Assembly: GCA_963749075.1 (NCBI GenBank)
Contig: CAVVLJ010000016.1
Coordinates: 416,001 to 480,000, forward strand
DNA length: 64,000 bases
DNA from: an uncultured Pseudomonadota bacterium
GTDB lineage: Bacteria > Pseudomonadota > Alphaproteobacteria > JACZXZ01
Direction of reading: 5' to 3'
The notes under the pieces are model-generated. The model saw nothing but the letters and a program-made list of their open reading frames with translations. It was not told where the DNA came from and searched no databases. Position 1 is the stretch's first letter. Each line of letters opens with the position of its first letter. The position numbers and the translations under genes are program-made. Positions 1 through 9,931 of the stretch are shown in pieces.

Positions 1-11
1 TGGCACTCACC

Positions 12-833
12 ATGTACCGCATGGCGCTCTGGCTGAAGAGCCCGCGGCCCTACCTCATGGTGATCGGCTATAGCCTCTTCCTCGGCGCCTGGTATCTCGC
101 GGTCCAGGTGTGGAAGCTGCCGCGCTTCGCCGAGATGCCGGGGCTGACCGAGGTGCTCAGCGAGTGGTTCAGCCGCGATCCCGTCTACGGCCTCTCGATC
201 TACACCCCGGAGTACTATGAGAACATCTGGGTGAGCGTCGAGCGCGTGACCGTCGCCTTCTTTCTGGCGACCGCGATCGGCGTGCCGCTCGGCCTCTTTC
301 TCGGCTGGTCCGAGCGCTTCAAGGACCATGTCTTTCCCGTCTTCGAGCTCTTGCGTCCGGTGCCGCCGCTCGCCTGGGTGCCGCTCGCCATCATCATGTT
401 CAAGGGCTCGGAGACGCCGATCATCTTCCTCACCTTCCTCGCCTCGTTCTACGCGACGGCGCTCAACACCATGCTCGGCGTCGAATCGATCGACCAGTCC
501 TACGTGCGCGCCGCCTATTGCCTGGGCGCCAAGCGCTGGCAGGTCTTCGGCCACGTCATCGTGCCCGGCTCCATGCCCTTCATCTTCACCGGCCTGCAGA
601 TCTCGGTCGGCGTCGCCTGGTTCTCGCTGGTGGCGGCCGAGATGGTATCGGGCCAGTACGGCCTCGGCTACGTGATCAACACCTCCTACACCATGGTGCG
701 CTATCCGACGATCGTCATCGGCATGTTCACGCTGGGCATCGTCGGCTACGTCACCTCGGCCGGCGTGCGCGTCGTCGGCCACTACCTCATGCAATGGCGC
801 GTGCGCGAGCGGGCGCTCGGGGGCGAGCTGTGA
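12..833 (+). CDS. NitT/TauT-family ABC transporter permease
   Basis: Multi-TM protein with LRPVPPLAWVP and EAA-like loop (YVRAAYCLGAKRWQVFGHVIVPG); may start upstream of the window. Confidence 0.9.
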   Translation: MYRMALWLKSPRPYLMVIGYSLFLGAWYLAVQVWKLPRFAEMPGLTEVLSEWFSRDPVYGLSIYTPEYYENIWVSVERVTVAFFLATAIGVPLGLFLGWSERFKDHVFPVFELLRPVPPLAWVPLAIIMFKGSETPIIFLTFLASFYATALNTMLGVESIDQSYVRAAYCLGAKRWQVFGHVIVPGSMPFIFTGLQISVGVAWFSLVAAEMVSGQYGLGYVINTSYTMVRYPTIVIGMFTLGIVGYVTSAGVRVVGHYLMQWRVRERALGGEL

Positions 834-1679
834 GAGCGGGCCCCACGGCAGAGCGCGGTGGCAAGGGTGCTATCAGCATCGTCGATGCGGTCAAGGTCTA
901 CAACCCCGAGGGTGCCGCCGTGCTCGCCGTCGACCACTGCACGCTCGACGTGCCGGCGGGCGAGATCTCGGTCGTCGTCGGACCGTCCGGCTGCGGCAAG
1001 ACTACGCTGCTCAACGCCATCGCGGGATTCCACAGCCTGAGCTCGGGCGCCATCTATCTCGACGGCGAGCTCCTCTGCGGACCGGGGAAGCCCCAGGCGT
1101 CGCCCGGTCCCGACCGCATCGTCGTCTTCCAGAACGGCGCGCTCTTTCCCTGGAAGACCAATCTCGACAACGTCGCCTTCGGCCCCATCGTGCAGGGCCG
1201 GCTCAGCCGCAAGGAGGCCTACGAGAAGGCGCGCGGCATGATGGCCGACGCGGGGCTCAGCGGCAGCGAGAAGAACTACCCCGGGGAGATCTCCTCGGGC
1301 GTGCGGCGGCGGGTCGAGATCGTGCGCGCGCTGATGAACGATCCCAAGGTGCTGCTGCTCGACGAGCCCTACCGCGCGCTCGAACTCGCTGACCAAATCC
1401 GTGATGCACGAATCGCTCCTCGAGATCTTCTACCGCAACCGCGTGACGATCTTCTTCATCACCCACGACCTCGACGAGGCGATCTTCCTCGGCCACCGCG
1501 TCGTGATCATGACGACGCGGCCGTGCAGGCCCAAGAAGATACTCGACATCGACATCCCGCATCCGCGCGACTACAGCGTGTTGACGACGAAGCGCTACCG
1601 GGAGATCCTCGACGAGACGGCGGAGGCCGTGCACGAGGAGGCCCGCAAGGCCTTCGCCGCGGGCGAGAAGGAAGGTTGA
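830..1679 (+). CDS. NitT/TauT-family ABC ATP-binding protein with a +1 frameshift near 1383 (likely sequencing error)
   Basis: GTG overlaps the upstream TGA; Walker A GPSGCGKT, Walker B LLLDEP; removing one A in cgaactcg restores ...ALDSLTKSVMHE and joins ORF 1401..1679 (H-loop ITHDLDEA). Confidence 0.8.
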
Positions 1680-1687
1680 GACCCGCC

Positions 1688-2527
1688 ATGATCCCAGCAC
1701 TCGGCGCCGCGAGGAAGCACCTCGGCAGCAGCAAGGTGCGGCGGGGCGCCCTCTCGCTCGCCGCCTTCCTCGTTCTCTGGGAGATCGGCTCGCGCTCGGG
1801 ACAATGGTTCGGCGTGCCCATGCCCTGGGTCGGCCAGGTGCCGGCCCCGAGCACGGTCGCGGCGACGCTTGCCGTGCTGGTGCAGACTCCCGGCTATTGG
1901 CAGAGCTGGTATCTCAGCACGTTCAGGGTCTTCGAGGGCTTCACCGCCGGCCTCCTCATCGGCATTCCGCTCGGCCTTGCCATGGCGGTGAGCCGCACCT
2001 TCTACGGCATCGTCTTCCCCACCTTCGAGGTGCTGCGCCCCATCCCGCCGCTCGCCTGGGTGCCGGCCTCGATCATCTTCTGGCCGACCCAGGAGCTCTC
2101 CATCGCTTTCGTGACCTTCCTCGGCGCCTTCTACACCATCGTCATCAACGTCATCGGCGGCGCCCAGGCGATCGACGTGCGCTACTTCCAGGCGGCGCGC
2201 TCCATGGGCTCCTCGAGCTGGGACATCTTCCGGCGCATCATCCTCCCCGGCACGCTGCCCTCGATCGTGGTGGGCGCCACCGTCGGCATGGGGATCACCT
2301 GGGCCGTGGTGGTGGCGGCGGAGATGATCTCGGGCGGCGGCAGTGCGGGCTCCATGGGCGGGGCCGCCGGCGGCGGGCTCGGCTTCTTCATCTGGAACTC
2401 CTACGTCGGCGGCTCCTACAACCAGATCGTCGTGGGCATGATCAGCATCGGCATTGCCGGCTATCTCTCGAGCGCCTTCTTGCGCAAGCTCGGCGAGATG
2501 GTCACGCCGTGGCTGCGGCAACGCTGA
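1688..2527 (+). CDS. NitT/TauT-family ABC transporter permease
   Basis: C-terminal part of ORF 518..2527 from MIPALG; LRPIPPLAWVP, AARSMGSSSWDIFRRIILPG. Confidence 0.88.
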   Translation: MIPALGAARKHLGSSKVRRGALSLAAFLVLWEIGSRSGQWFGVPMPWVGQVPAPSTVAATLAVLVQTPGYWQSWYLSTFRVFEGFTAGLLIGIPLGLAMAVSRTFYGIVFPTFEVLRPIPPLAWVPASIIFWPTQELSIAFVTFLGAFYTIVINVIGGAQAIDVRYFQAARSMGSSSWDIFRRIILPGTLPSIVVGATVGMGITWAVVVAAEMISGGGSAGSMGGAAGGGLGFFIWNSYVGGSYNQIVVGMISIGIAGYLSSAFLRKLGEMVTPWLRQR

Positions 2528-3402
2528 TGGCGCCGCCCGAGGCATCGCCCCAGGCGCCGGCCGACGGCCAGATCGAGGTCGAGGGTCTCGACAAGACCTA
2601 CGGCGCCAAGTCCTTCGCCAAGACGGTGGTGCACGGCTGCTCCTTCACCGTCGAGCGCGGCAAGCTCACCGTGATGATCGGCCCCTCGGGCTGCGGCAAG
2701 AGCACGCTCATCCGCCTCATCTCCGGCTTCGAGCGGCCGAGTGCGGGTCACATCGCGATCGACGGCAAGCCGGTCACCGGCCCGGGCCGCGACCGCCTCG
2801 TCGTCTTCCAGGAGACGGCGCTCTTTCCCTGGATGACGACCTACGAGAACATCATGTACGGGCCGCGCGCGCGCGGCGAGGACAACCGCGAGAGCCGCGC
2901 GCTCGCCGAGTTCCTCCTCGACAAGGTGGGGCTTACGGCGTTCCGCCACAAATATCCCCCGCAGCTCTCGGGCGGCATGCAGCGGCGCGCCGAGCTCGCC
3001 CGCGCCATGATCAACAACCCGCGCGTCATGATCCTCGACGAGCCGTTCCGCGGGCTCGACGCCATGACCAAGCGCCTGATGCAGGAGTATTACGCCAAGC
3101 TCTACGAGGAATCGCGGCGCACCACCTTCTTCGTCACCACCGACATCGACGAGGCGATCTATCTCGCCGACCGCATCCTCGTCATGACCAACATCCCGAC
3201 GCGCGTGCGCGCCGTGCTCGAGGTCGATCTGCCGCGCCCGCGCCAGCTCCTCGCCGTCGTCGACGACGACCGCGCCAATGCCATCAAGATGGAGGCCTTG
3301 ACGCTGCTCCACGAGGAGGCGATGAAATCCTTCGCCGGCGGCAGCAAGGCGGCGGCCGACTTCGTCGAGGCCTACGCGCGGCGCATCAAGACGGCGGGCT
3401 GA
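2527..3402 (+). CDS. NitT/TauT-family ABC ATP-binding protein
   Basis: TGATG coupling; GPSGCGKS, LSGGMQRR, ILDEPF. Confidence 0.9.
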   Translation: MAPPEASPQAPADGQIEVEGLDKTYGAKSFAKTVVHGCSFTVERGKLTVMIGPSGCGKSTLIRLISGFERPSAGHIAIDGKPVTGPGRDRLVVFQETALFPWMTTYENIMYGPRARGEDNRESRALAEFLLDKVGLTAFRHKYPPQLSGGMQRRAELARAMINNPRVMILDEPFRGLDAMTKRLMQEYYAKLYEESRRTTFFVTTDIDEAIYLADRILVMTNIPTRVRAVLEVDLPRPRQLLAVVDDDRANAIKMEALTLLHEEAMKSFAGGSKAAADFVEAYARRIKTAG

Positions 3403-3423
3403 GGGCGTCCTGCTGGCCGCACC

Positions 3424-4365
3424 TCAGCCGGCCTTGGCAGCCGGCGTGCGCGGCGGGTGCAGCAGGCGGCCGAGCTCGCCGCTCTCGCAGAGCGACTTGA
3501 GGAGCGTGTAGATCGCCTTGGCCATGGGCAGCATGGGGTCGCCCTCGACCCAGACCAGCCCGACCTCGCGCACCACGTCGGGCTCGACGAGCGGAACGAT
3601 GCGCGTCCTGGGGAAGGCGCCGATGACGTGGACGAAATGCTCGGGGATGATGGTGGCGAGGCCGCCGTTCATGGTGTGGAAGGCGAGGTTGACGATCGAA
3701 TCCGATTCCATGCGCGCCGTCGGCGCAGTACCGGCGGCGGCGAAGGCGGAATCGATGATCTGGCGCTCGTGCATGTGCGAGGGCAGGAGCGCCAGCGGCA
3801 GCGCCGCGGCCTCGGCCCAGCTCACGCTCTCGCCGGCCGGGAAATCCGCGCTGTCGGGGACGAGGAGGCTCAGATGCTCGCGGTAGAGCGGGTAGCTCGC
3901 GAGCGGCACGGGCTGCTTCTGGTCGGTGTAGGTGATGCCCACGTCGAGATCGAAATTGGCGAGCTTGACGCGCATCTCCTCGAGGCCGAGGAAGCTCACC
4001 TGGAAACGCACGCCCGGATGGCGCTTGGCGAACTGGCGGTCGATGAAGGGGAGGATGGGCGAGCAGGTCGGCATGGCGCCGAGGCGCAGCTGGCCCGAGA
4101 GGTTGCGCCGCAGCACGGAGAGCTCCTGCAGCATGGAATTGCGGTCCGCGATGATGCGCTTCGCCCATTCCACGACGCGCAGGCCTTCGGCGGTGAAGCC
4201 CTGAAAGCGCTGGTGGCGTAGGACGACCGGCGTGCCGAGCTCCTCCTCGAGCTGCTTGATCGCATTGGAGAGGCTCGGCTGGGAGACGTTGCAGTGCTGC
4301 GCCGCCCGGCTGAAATGCCGCAGCTGGGACAAGGCCACGAGATATTCCAGCTGGCGGATGAACAT
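3424..4365 (-). CDS. LysR-family transcriptional regulator
   Basis: MFIRQLEYLVAL...HFSRAAQHCNVSQPSLSNAIKQLEEELG HTH followed by a substrate-binding domain. Confidence 0.92.
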   Translation of the reverse strand: MFIRQLEYLVALSQLRHFSRAAQHCNVSQPSLSNAIKQLEEELGTPVVLRHQRFQGFTAEGLRVVEWAKRIIADRNSMLQELSVLRRNLSGQLRLGAMPTCSPILPFIDRQFAKRHPGVRFQVSFLGLEEMRVKLANFDLDVGITYTDQKQPVPLASYPLYREHLSLLVPDSADFPAGESVSWAEAAALPLALLPSHMHERQIIDSAFAAAGTAPTARMESDSIVNLAFHTMNGGLATIIPEHFVHVIGAFPRTRIVPLVEPDVVREVGLVWVEGDPMLPMAKAIYTLLKSLCESGELGRLLHPPRTPAAKAG

Positions 4366-4491
4366 CGGGCGTTTTCCGTGGGCCACGGCCGCGCATGCCG
4401 CTGCGGCCACCTTAGGGGACTTCGCGGCACTTTGCCATTGCCGAGTGGCGCCGGCAACGGGCGCAGTACCCGGCGTGCGCGCGGCGCGCGC

Positions 4492-5241
4492 ATGACGCTC
4501 TTCGTCATAGCGCTCGCCCTCGTCTCGGGCCTCCTCATCGGCTGCGTCGGCATCGGCGGCGTCCTCCTGGTGCCGGGCCTGAGCCTCGCGGGCGTGCCCG
4601 TGCATGACGCGATCGCCGCGAGCATGCTCTGCTATCTCTTCAGCGGCGGCATCGCGGTCGTCATCTACGCGCGCGCGGGCTCGATCGCCTGGACCTCCGC
4701 GGCCTGGCTCGGCCTCGGCGCCATGCCGGGCGCCTTCGCGGGCGCCGTGCTCGCGAATGCGGTCGGCGGCGAGGTGCTGCTCCTCCTCATCGGCGTCGCG
4801 GTGCTGTTCTCCGGCCTGCGCTCCCTGGGCCTCTCGCGCGCCGCCGTGGCGGGCGAGGGGCGGGCGCTCGGCGCCGCTCCCCTCGCGGTCATCGGCGCCG
4901 CGGTCGGCTTCGGCTCGGCCTTGACCGGCACCGGCGGCCCGGTGCTCCTCGTCCCGCTCCTCATGTGGTTCCGCCTGCCGGTCCTCTTCGTGGTCGGCTT
5001 GAGCCAGGCGATCCAGGTGCCGATCGCGGCACTCGCCACCATCGGCAACTTGCTCTACGGCCGGCTCGATCCCGCCCTCGCGGCATGGCTGAGCCTCGGC
5101 GTCGTGGCCGGCTCGGCGGTGGGGGCACGCATTGCGCACGCGCTGCCGCGCACGGCACTCGTCCGCCTCGTCGGGCTGGTGCTGCTCGCGGTCGGTGCCC
5201 TCCTCATCCTGCGCACGCGCCATCTGGCGTTCGCCGGCTGA
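4492..5241 (+). CDS. TauE/SafE (TSUP) sulfite-exporter-family membrane protein
   Basis: Two repeats of the G-x-x-G-x-G-G-x-x-x-V-P motif (GCVGIGGVLLVP; ALTGTGGPVLLVP); about 8 TM helices. Confidence 0.85.
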   Translation: MTLFVIALALVSGLLIGCVGIGGVLLVPGLSLAGVPVHDAIAASMLCYLFSGGIAVVIYARAGSIAWTSAAWLGLGAMPGAFAGAVLANAVGGEVLLLLIGVAVLFSGLRSLGLSRAAVAGEGRALGAAPLAVIGAAVGFGSALTGTGGPVLLVPLLMWFRLPVLFVVGLSQAIQVPIAALATIGNLLYGRLDPALAAWLSLGVVAGSAVGARIAHALPRTALVRLVGLVLLAVGALLILRTRHLAFAG

Positions 5242-6278
5242 TGGGGCTACGTAGCGAACTGGCGCGCGCCGGCATAGCGCTCGACTACGGCGACGCGGCG
5301 GGCGAGGCCAGCGCCTGCCGCGCCGCGGCGGCGCTCTTCGATTTCAGCTTCATGTCGCGCGCGCGGGTGAGCGGCCCCGGCGCCCTTCGCCTCCTCGCGC
5401 GCTTGACGCCGCGTCCGCTCGCCGATCTGCCAGCGGGCCGCATCCGCTACGCGTTTGCTCTCGATCGCCACGGCTCGGTCGTGGCCGACCTCACGGTCTG
5501 GTGCCTCGAGCGGGGGCGCTACGAGCTCATGAGCGGCCGCCACGAGGAGATTGCAACGCTCGCGGCATGGGCGGCCGACGCCGCCGCGGTCGAGGACCTC
5601 TCGGCGGAGAGCGCCGTCCTTGCCGTGCAGGGCCCGGCGAGCCTGGCAGCGCTTGCCGCCCTCGCTCCCGGCGAGGCGCTCGCGGCCATCCCCTATTTCG
5701 GCCATGCGGCGCTCGAGCTTGCCGGCATTTCCTGCCGCGTGGGGCGGCTCGGCTATACGGGTGAGCGCGGCTTCGAGATCCTGTTGCCGCGGAGCGCGCG
5801 CGCCGAGATCTGGCAGGCCCTCGCCGCGCGGGTGCGGCCGGCCGGCTTCGCCGCCGCGGACATCCTGCGCATCGAGGCGGGCTTCCTCCTCTTCGCCAAC
5901 GAGCTCGCCTTTCCCGTCACGGCAGGCGAGCTCGGGCTCGAGCGCTACGCGGCCGAAAGCGCCGCACCTCGCCGCGTCCGCCTCGCCGCCTTCCGCGCCC
6001 GCGCCGATCGTCGCCCGATCTTGCCGCCGCCGCCGCCGCCCGCTGCGGCGTTCCCGCCGCGGCCAGGCGAGATCGTCGCAACCTCGGCCTGCTGGAGCCC
6101 CCATGCGGCGGGCGTGCTCGGCCTCGGCTATGTGCGCGCGGAGGAGCCGGCCTGCGCCGGCCTCCTCGATGGCAGCAGGCGCTTCCATGCCGTCGAGGAG
6201 GTGGCGCTGCCGTTCCACGACCCGGCCAAGCGGCGGCCGCGCGGTGGCTGGCGGTGCGGCGATCGGATGCCCGAGTGA
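5241..6278 (+). CDS. GcvT-like aminomethyltransferase / THF-dependent demethylase family protein
   Basis: LFDFSFM, LAVQGP, RLGYTGERGFEI and LRIEAG motifs. Confidence 0.8.
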   Translation: MGLRSELARAGIALDYGDAAGEASACRAAAALFDFSFMSRARVSGPGALRLLARLTPRPLADLPAGRIRYAFALDRHGSVVADLTVWCLERGRYELMSGRHEEIATLAAWAADAAAVEDLSAESAVLAVQGPASLAALAALAPGEALAAIPYFGHAALELAGISCRVGRLGYTGERGFEILLPRSARAEIWQALAARVRPAGFAAADILRIEAGFLLFANELAFPVTAGELGLERYAAESAAPRRVRLAAFRARADRRPILPPPPPPAAAFPPRPGEIVATSACWSPHAAGVLGLGYVRAEEPACAGLLDGSRRFHAVEEVALPFHDPAKRRPRGGWRCGDRMPE

Positions 6279-6412
6279 GGGCGGCAGCCGCCGTCATTGA
6301 TAGGGTCGATCAGGTCATTCCAGGCTTGTCTTTGACTTGCTCGCCGGCCCGCTCGTACCCTTCGCGGCACAAACGGCATGGCATTCGCGCCGGGAACAAG
6401 GGAGGAATGGCA

Positions 6413-7363
6413 ATGAGCGCGCCCGCAGCGGCGCTGGCCCAGGCGCCGGCGCGCAGGAAGGTGACGATCAACTCGCTCATGGCGAAGATGCGCCGAAACG
6501 AGGCGATCGTGCAGATGGCGGTCTACGACTACCGCAGTGCGGTCATCGCCGACCGCCTCGGCATCGACATCCTCTGCGTCTCCGACACCGGCGGCATGGT
6601 GCTGTTCGGCCACCGCAGCACGGTAACGGTAAGCTTCGAGGAGGTCATGTTCATGGCCCAGGCAGTCGACCGCGGCTCGCGCTACGGGATGCGCATGGTC
6701 GACATGCCCTACTGGAGCTTTCACGTCTCGCGCGAGCAGGCGGTTGAGAACGCCGGCAAGTTCGTCTCCCAGGCCAATGCCGAGGTGATGAAGTGCGAGG
6801 GCAACAAGCACCACGTGCCCGCCATCGAGGCCATCATCAAGGCCGGCATCCCCGTGCAGGGCCACATCGGCATCACGCCCATGCGCATGCCGCAGTTGGG
6901 CGGCTTCGTGGCCCAGGGCAAGACGGCGGAGCGCGCGGCGGAGCTCGTGGAGGACGCGCGGCTCATGGTCGAGGCCGGCTGCTTCTCCATCCTCTGCGAG
7001 GTGACGACCGAGGATGTCTGCCGCTTTCTCACCGAGACGCTGCCGGTGCCGGTCGTCAGCCTCGGCGCCGGCAACAAGGCGCACGGCGTCCACATCATCA
7101 CCTCCGACCTCTTCCACCTCTACGAGGAGCACACGCCGCGGCACTCGAAGATTTACACCGACCTCATCCCGATCATCGAGGACGTCTACACCCGCTACGC
7201 CAACGACGTGCGCGCGCGCACCTATCCCGGCCCCGAGCACACGGTCTATATGACGCCCCAGGAGCTCGAGCGCTTCGCCAAGAAGGTCGCCTGGACGAAC
7301 CCGCCGATCGCCGAGGCCGAGGAGCGCGAGAAGGCCAAGCGCAGCAGCAAGGCAGCGGAATAG
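6413..7363 (+). CDS. panB: 3-methyl-2-oxobutanoate hydroxymethyltransferase-like protein (divergent PanB)
   Basis: GGAGG RBS; AVYDY, VSDTGGM, DMPY, KCEG and GHIGITP motifs. Confidence 0.78.
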   Translation: MSAPAAALAQAPARRKVTINSLMAKMRRNEAIVQMAVYDYRSAVIADRLGIDILCVSDTGGMVLFGHRSTVTVSFEEVMFMAQAVDRGSRYGMRMVDMPYWSFHVSREQAVENAGKFVSQANAEVMKCEGNKHHVPAIEAIIKAGIPVQGHIGITPMRMPQLGGFVAQGKTAERAAELVEDARLMVEAGCFSILCEVTTEDVCRFLTETLPVPVVSLGAGNKAHGVHIITSDLFHLYEEHTPRHSKIYTDLIPIIEDVYTRYANDVRARTYPGPEHTVYMTPQELERFAKKVAWTNPPIAEAEEREKAKRSSKAAE

Positions 7364-7397
7364 GCGGGCGGCGCGGCGGAAGCTCTATGGCGGCGTC

Positions 7398-8357
7398 CTA
7401 GCGCGCTGCGAGCCGGCGCCGCCGCACCACGCGCTCGCGGTGCGCGGTATAGATGCCGCTCGCCACGATGATCGCGGCACCGGTCACCGTCTCAAGGTCG
7501 GGCACGTTGCCGAAGATCGCCATCCCGAGCAGGCTCGACCATACGATCTGCGTGTAGGAGAAGGGTGCGAGCACCGAGGCCTCGGCGCGGCGGTAGGCCA
7601 GGACCACGAGCCATTGGCCCACGGAGCTCGCCACGCCGATGAAGATGCCGAGAGCCACCTGTGCCAGGTCGGGCGTCACCCAGACGACGGGGAGGGCGGC
7701 GCTGAGCGCCACGAAGCCGGTGCCGGCCGCGTAGGTCAGCATCGTGGTGGTGCCGTCGGTGCCGCTCATCTTGCGCGTGATCACGAGCGCCATGCTCCAG
7801 CTCGCCGCCGAGAGGAGCGGGAAGACCGCGGCAGGGTTGAAGGCGGTGGTGCCGGGCCGCACCACGATGACGACGCCGATGATGCCGACGACGATGGCGG
7901 CCCAGCGCCGCACGCCGACCGTCTCGCCGAGGAGCGGGATGGAGAGGGCCGTGGTGAAGAGCGGCGAGACGAAGCTCGTCGCCGTCGCGTCCGCCATCGG
8001 CATGTAGCTGATCGCCAGGATGAAGAGCAGGCTCGAGCCGAGCAGGCCGCAGCCGCGCACGAGCTGGAGCCGCGGGTTCCGCGAGCGCAGGCCGGCGCCG
8101 CCGTGCCGCACGAGTGCTGGCGTGATGAGCAGCACGAAGGTGGCGTAGCGGAGCCAGGCGATCTCGACCGCGGGCAGCGATTGCGTGAGGTACTTCGCCG
8201 TCGCGTCGGAGGCGGAGAAGACGATCATCGAGGCGACGACGATGAGGATGCCGGCGAGCGGCTCGTCGCTGCGCGCCTCGACCGCCGCGAGCGAAACCTG
8301 CGGTGCCGGTGCCGTGGCGCTCTCGGCTTCGCGCGGCGTGGACGGGCGCTTGGTCAC
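7398..8357 (-). CDS. DMT/EamA-family transporter
   Basis: About 10 TM helices; LLGETVGVRRW, ASVLAPFSYTQIVW; GTG start is approximate. Confidence 0.85.
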   Translation of the reverse strand: MTKRPSTPREAESATAPAPQVSLAAVEARSDEPLAGILIVVASMIVFSASDATAKYLTQSLPAVEIAWLRYATFVLLITPALVRHGGAGLRSRNPRLQLVRGCGLLGSSLLFILAISYMPMADATATSFVSPLFTTALSIPLLGETVGVRRWAAIVVGIIGVVIVVRPGTTAFNPAAVFPLLSAASWSMALVITRKMSGTDGTTTMLTYAAGTGFVALSAALPVVWVTPDLAQVALGIFIGVASSVGQWLVVLAYRRAEASVLAPFSYTQIVWSSLLGMAIFGNVPDLETVTGAAIIVASGIYTAHRERVVRRRRLAAR

Positions 8358-8529
8358 CTTGGGCTCTCGTTTCTCGCGCCGCGTCGGCGGCTTTCGCGGC
8401 GGCCACAATAGCGGCGCCGGGTCCGGCGAGAAAGCCCGCCGGCGCCGCCTTATGGCGGCCACGGAAAGTGATGCATAATCGCGCGCAAGCCGCCGGAGCG
8501 GCGGGCAACCCGGAGCAGCGGAAACGGCC

Positions 8530-9231
8530 ATGGGACACGAGACGCCGCCGTCCGGCGGGCAGAGGAGCGAGCGGGCGCCTGCCCTCGAGCGCGTGCTCCT
8601 GGCACTCCTCGCCCTCGTCCTCGCCGGCAAGGCCGGCGCGCTCGGGCGGGATGCCTTCCTCATGCTGCGGGAGATCGAGCCCGGCGAGCCCGACGCGATG
8701 CTGCTGGCGAACGTGATCGGCGCTGCGACGGCCTGCGCCTATGTGCTGCTGCTCGCTTGCCTCTTCATGATCCGGCCGCCGGCCTTGGCCAAGTACCGCG
8801 AGCTCTGGCCGCGGCTGGCCGCACTCCTCGGCAGCCTGCTGCCGTTCGCCGTGCCGTTCTTTCCGCCCGCCGAGGAGTTGCCGTACGAGCTGCACCTTGC
8901 CGCTAGCGCGATCAGCCTCGTCGGCATGGCGTTCGCGCTCTACATCCTAGTCTGGCTCGGCCGCTCCTTCAGCATCACCCCCCAGGCCCGCGGGCTGGTG
9001 ACGCGCGGCCCCTACCGCTACCTGCGCCATCCGCTCTACGCGGCGGAATACGTCGCCGGCCTCGGCGTGATGGCCCACTATCTTTCGCTCTGGGCGATCC
9101 TCATCACCCTCGCCCAGGGTGCCCTGCAGGTCTGCCGCATGCATTACGAGGAGCGCCTGCTGCGCCAGGTCTTTCCGGACTATGACGACTATGCCGCAAG
9201 GACGGCGCGCGTCCTGCCCGGCATCTACTAG
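8530..9231 (+). CDS. Isoprenylcysteine carboxylmethyltransferase/PEMT-family membrane methyltransferase
   Basis: LGRSFS..LVTRGPYRYLRHPLY..EERLL..Y..Y motif. Confidence 0.85.
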   Translation: MGHETPPSGGQRSERAPALERVLLALLALVLAGKAGALGRDAFLMLREIEPGEPDAMLLANVIGAATACAYVLLLACLFMIRPPALAKYRELWPRLAALLGSLLPFAVPFFPPAEELPYELHLAASAISLVGMAFALYILVWLGRSFSITPQARGLVTRGPYRYLRHPLYAAEYVAGLGVMAHYLSLWAILITLAQGALQVCRMHYEERLLRQVFPDYDDYAARTARVLPGIY

Positions 9232-9301
9232 GCGAATGCCGCCAGCGGCCGCGGCAACGTCGCCGCGGCGATTGCGTTTGCCGCCCGACGCGCGCCGGTG
9301 T

Positions 9302-9838
9302 CTACTTCTTCTTCGGAGCGCCCGCGCTCACGATGCGGTCGAAGACCACGGTGAAGTCCGCCGGCTTACCTTGCGCATCAGGCGCCGTGCCCGAGCAGGT
9401 CATCTTCTTCCGATCGGGCGACAGCGTGCAGGTCGACGTGCTGCCGGTCTCGGACTTCTTGCTCGTGAACTTGCTCTGCAACGAGCCGTCGGGCAGCACC
9501 GTGTAGGCGCGCGTCGCCCCGTCGTCGCGGCCCTTGACCGGGTAGGGCTTGCCGTCGAAGGCGCCGTCGAAGCCCTCGGAGCGCTCGGAGCCGTCCGGAT
9601 AGGTGATCTCGAGCGACATTTGCACGCGGTTGTAGTCGGTGTGCCCGTGCCCCGTGAAGTTCTTGATGTCCCAAATGATTTCCTGGGGCGCCGCGACTCC
9701 AGGAACGAGCTTGGACTCGTCCTTGTTCCAGTGCCAGGCACCGGAGAACGGGCTGATCGTCATCGCCGCCCGGACCGGGATCACGGCCGCCAAAGCCAAG
9801 AGACCGGCCGCCGCTGCGCCAATCGCCAATCGCCTCAT
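9302..9838 (-). CDS. Secreted beta-rich hypothetical protein (lipocalin-like start)
   Basis: AAGGAGG RBS; signal peptide; PFSGAWHWNKDESK (G-x-W) and FDGKPYPV motifs. Confidence 0.7.
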   Translation of the reverse strand: MRRLAIGAAAAGLLALAAVIPVRAAMTISPFSGAWHWNKDESKLVPGVAAPQEIIWDIKNFTGHGHTDYNRVQMSLEITYPDGSERSEGFDGAFDGKPYPVKGRDDGATRAYTVLPDGSLQSKFTSKKSETGSTSTCTLSPDRKKMTCSGTAPDAQGKPADFTVVFDRIVSAGAPKKK

Positions 9839-9931
9839 GGGAACCTCCTTCTCTGGATCAGGATGGGATCGTATCACCGCCCAAGGCGAAATTCAGCAGC
9901 CAAAACGGGGCATCGCCGAAGCCCTCGCCGG

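Noticed and set aside
518-2527. 669-aa ORF that looks like an ATPase-permease fusion
   Set aside because: It arises from a single extra base near 1383; the real structure is a separate ATPase (830-1679) and permease (1688-2527).
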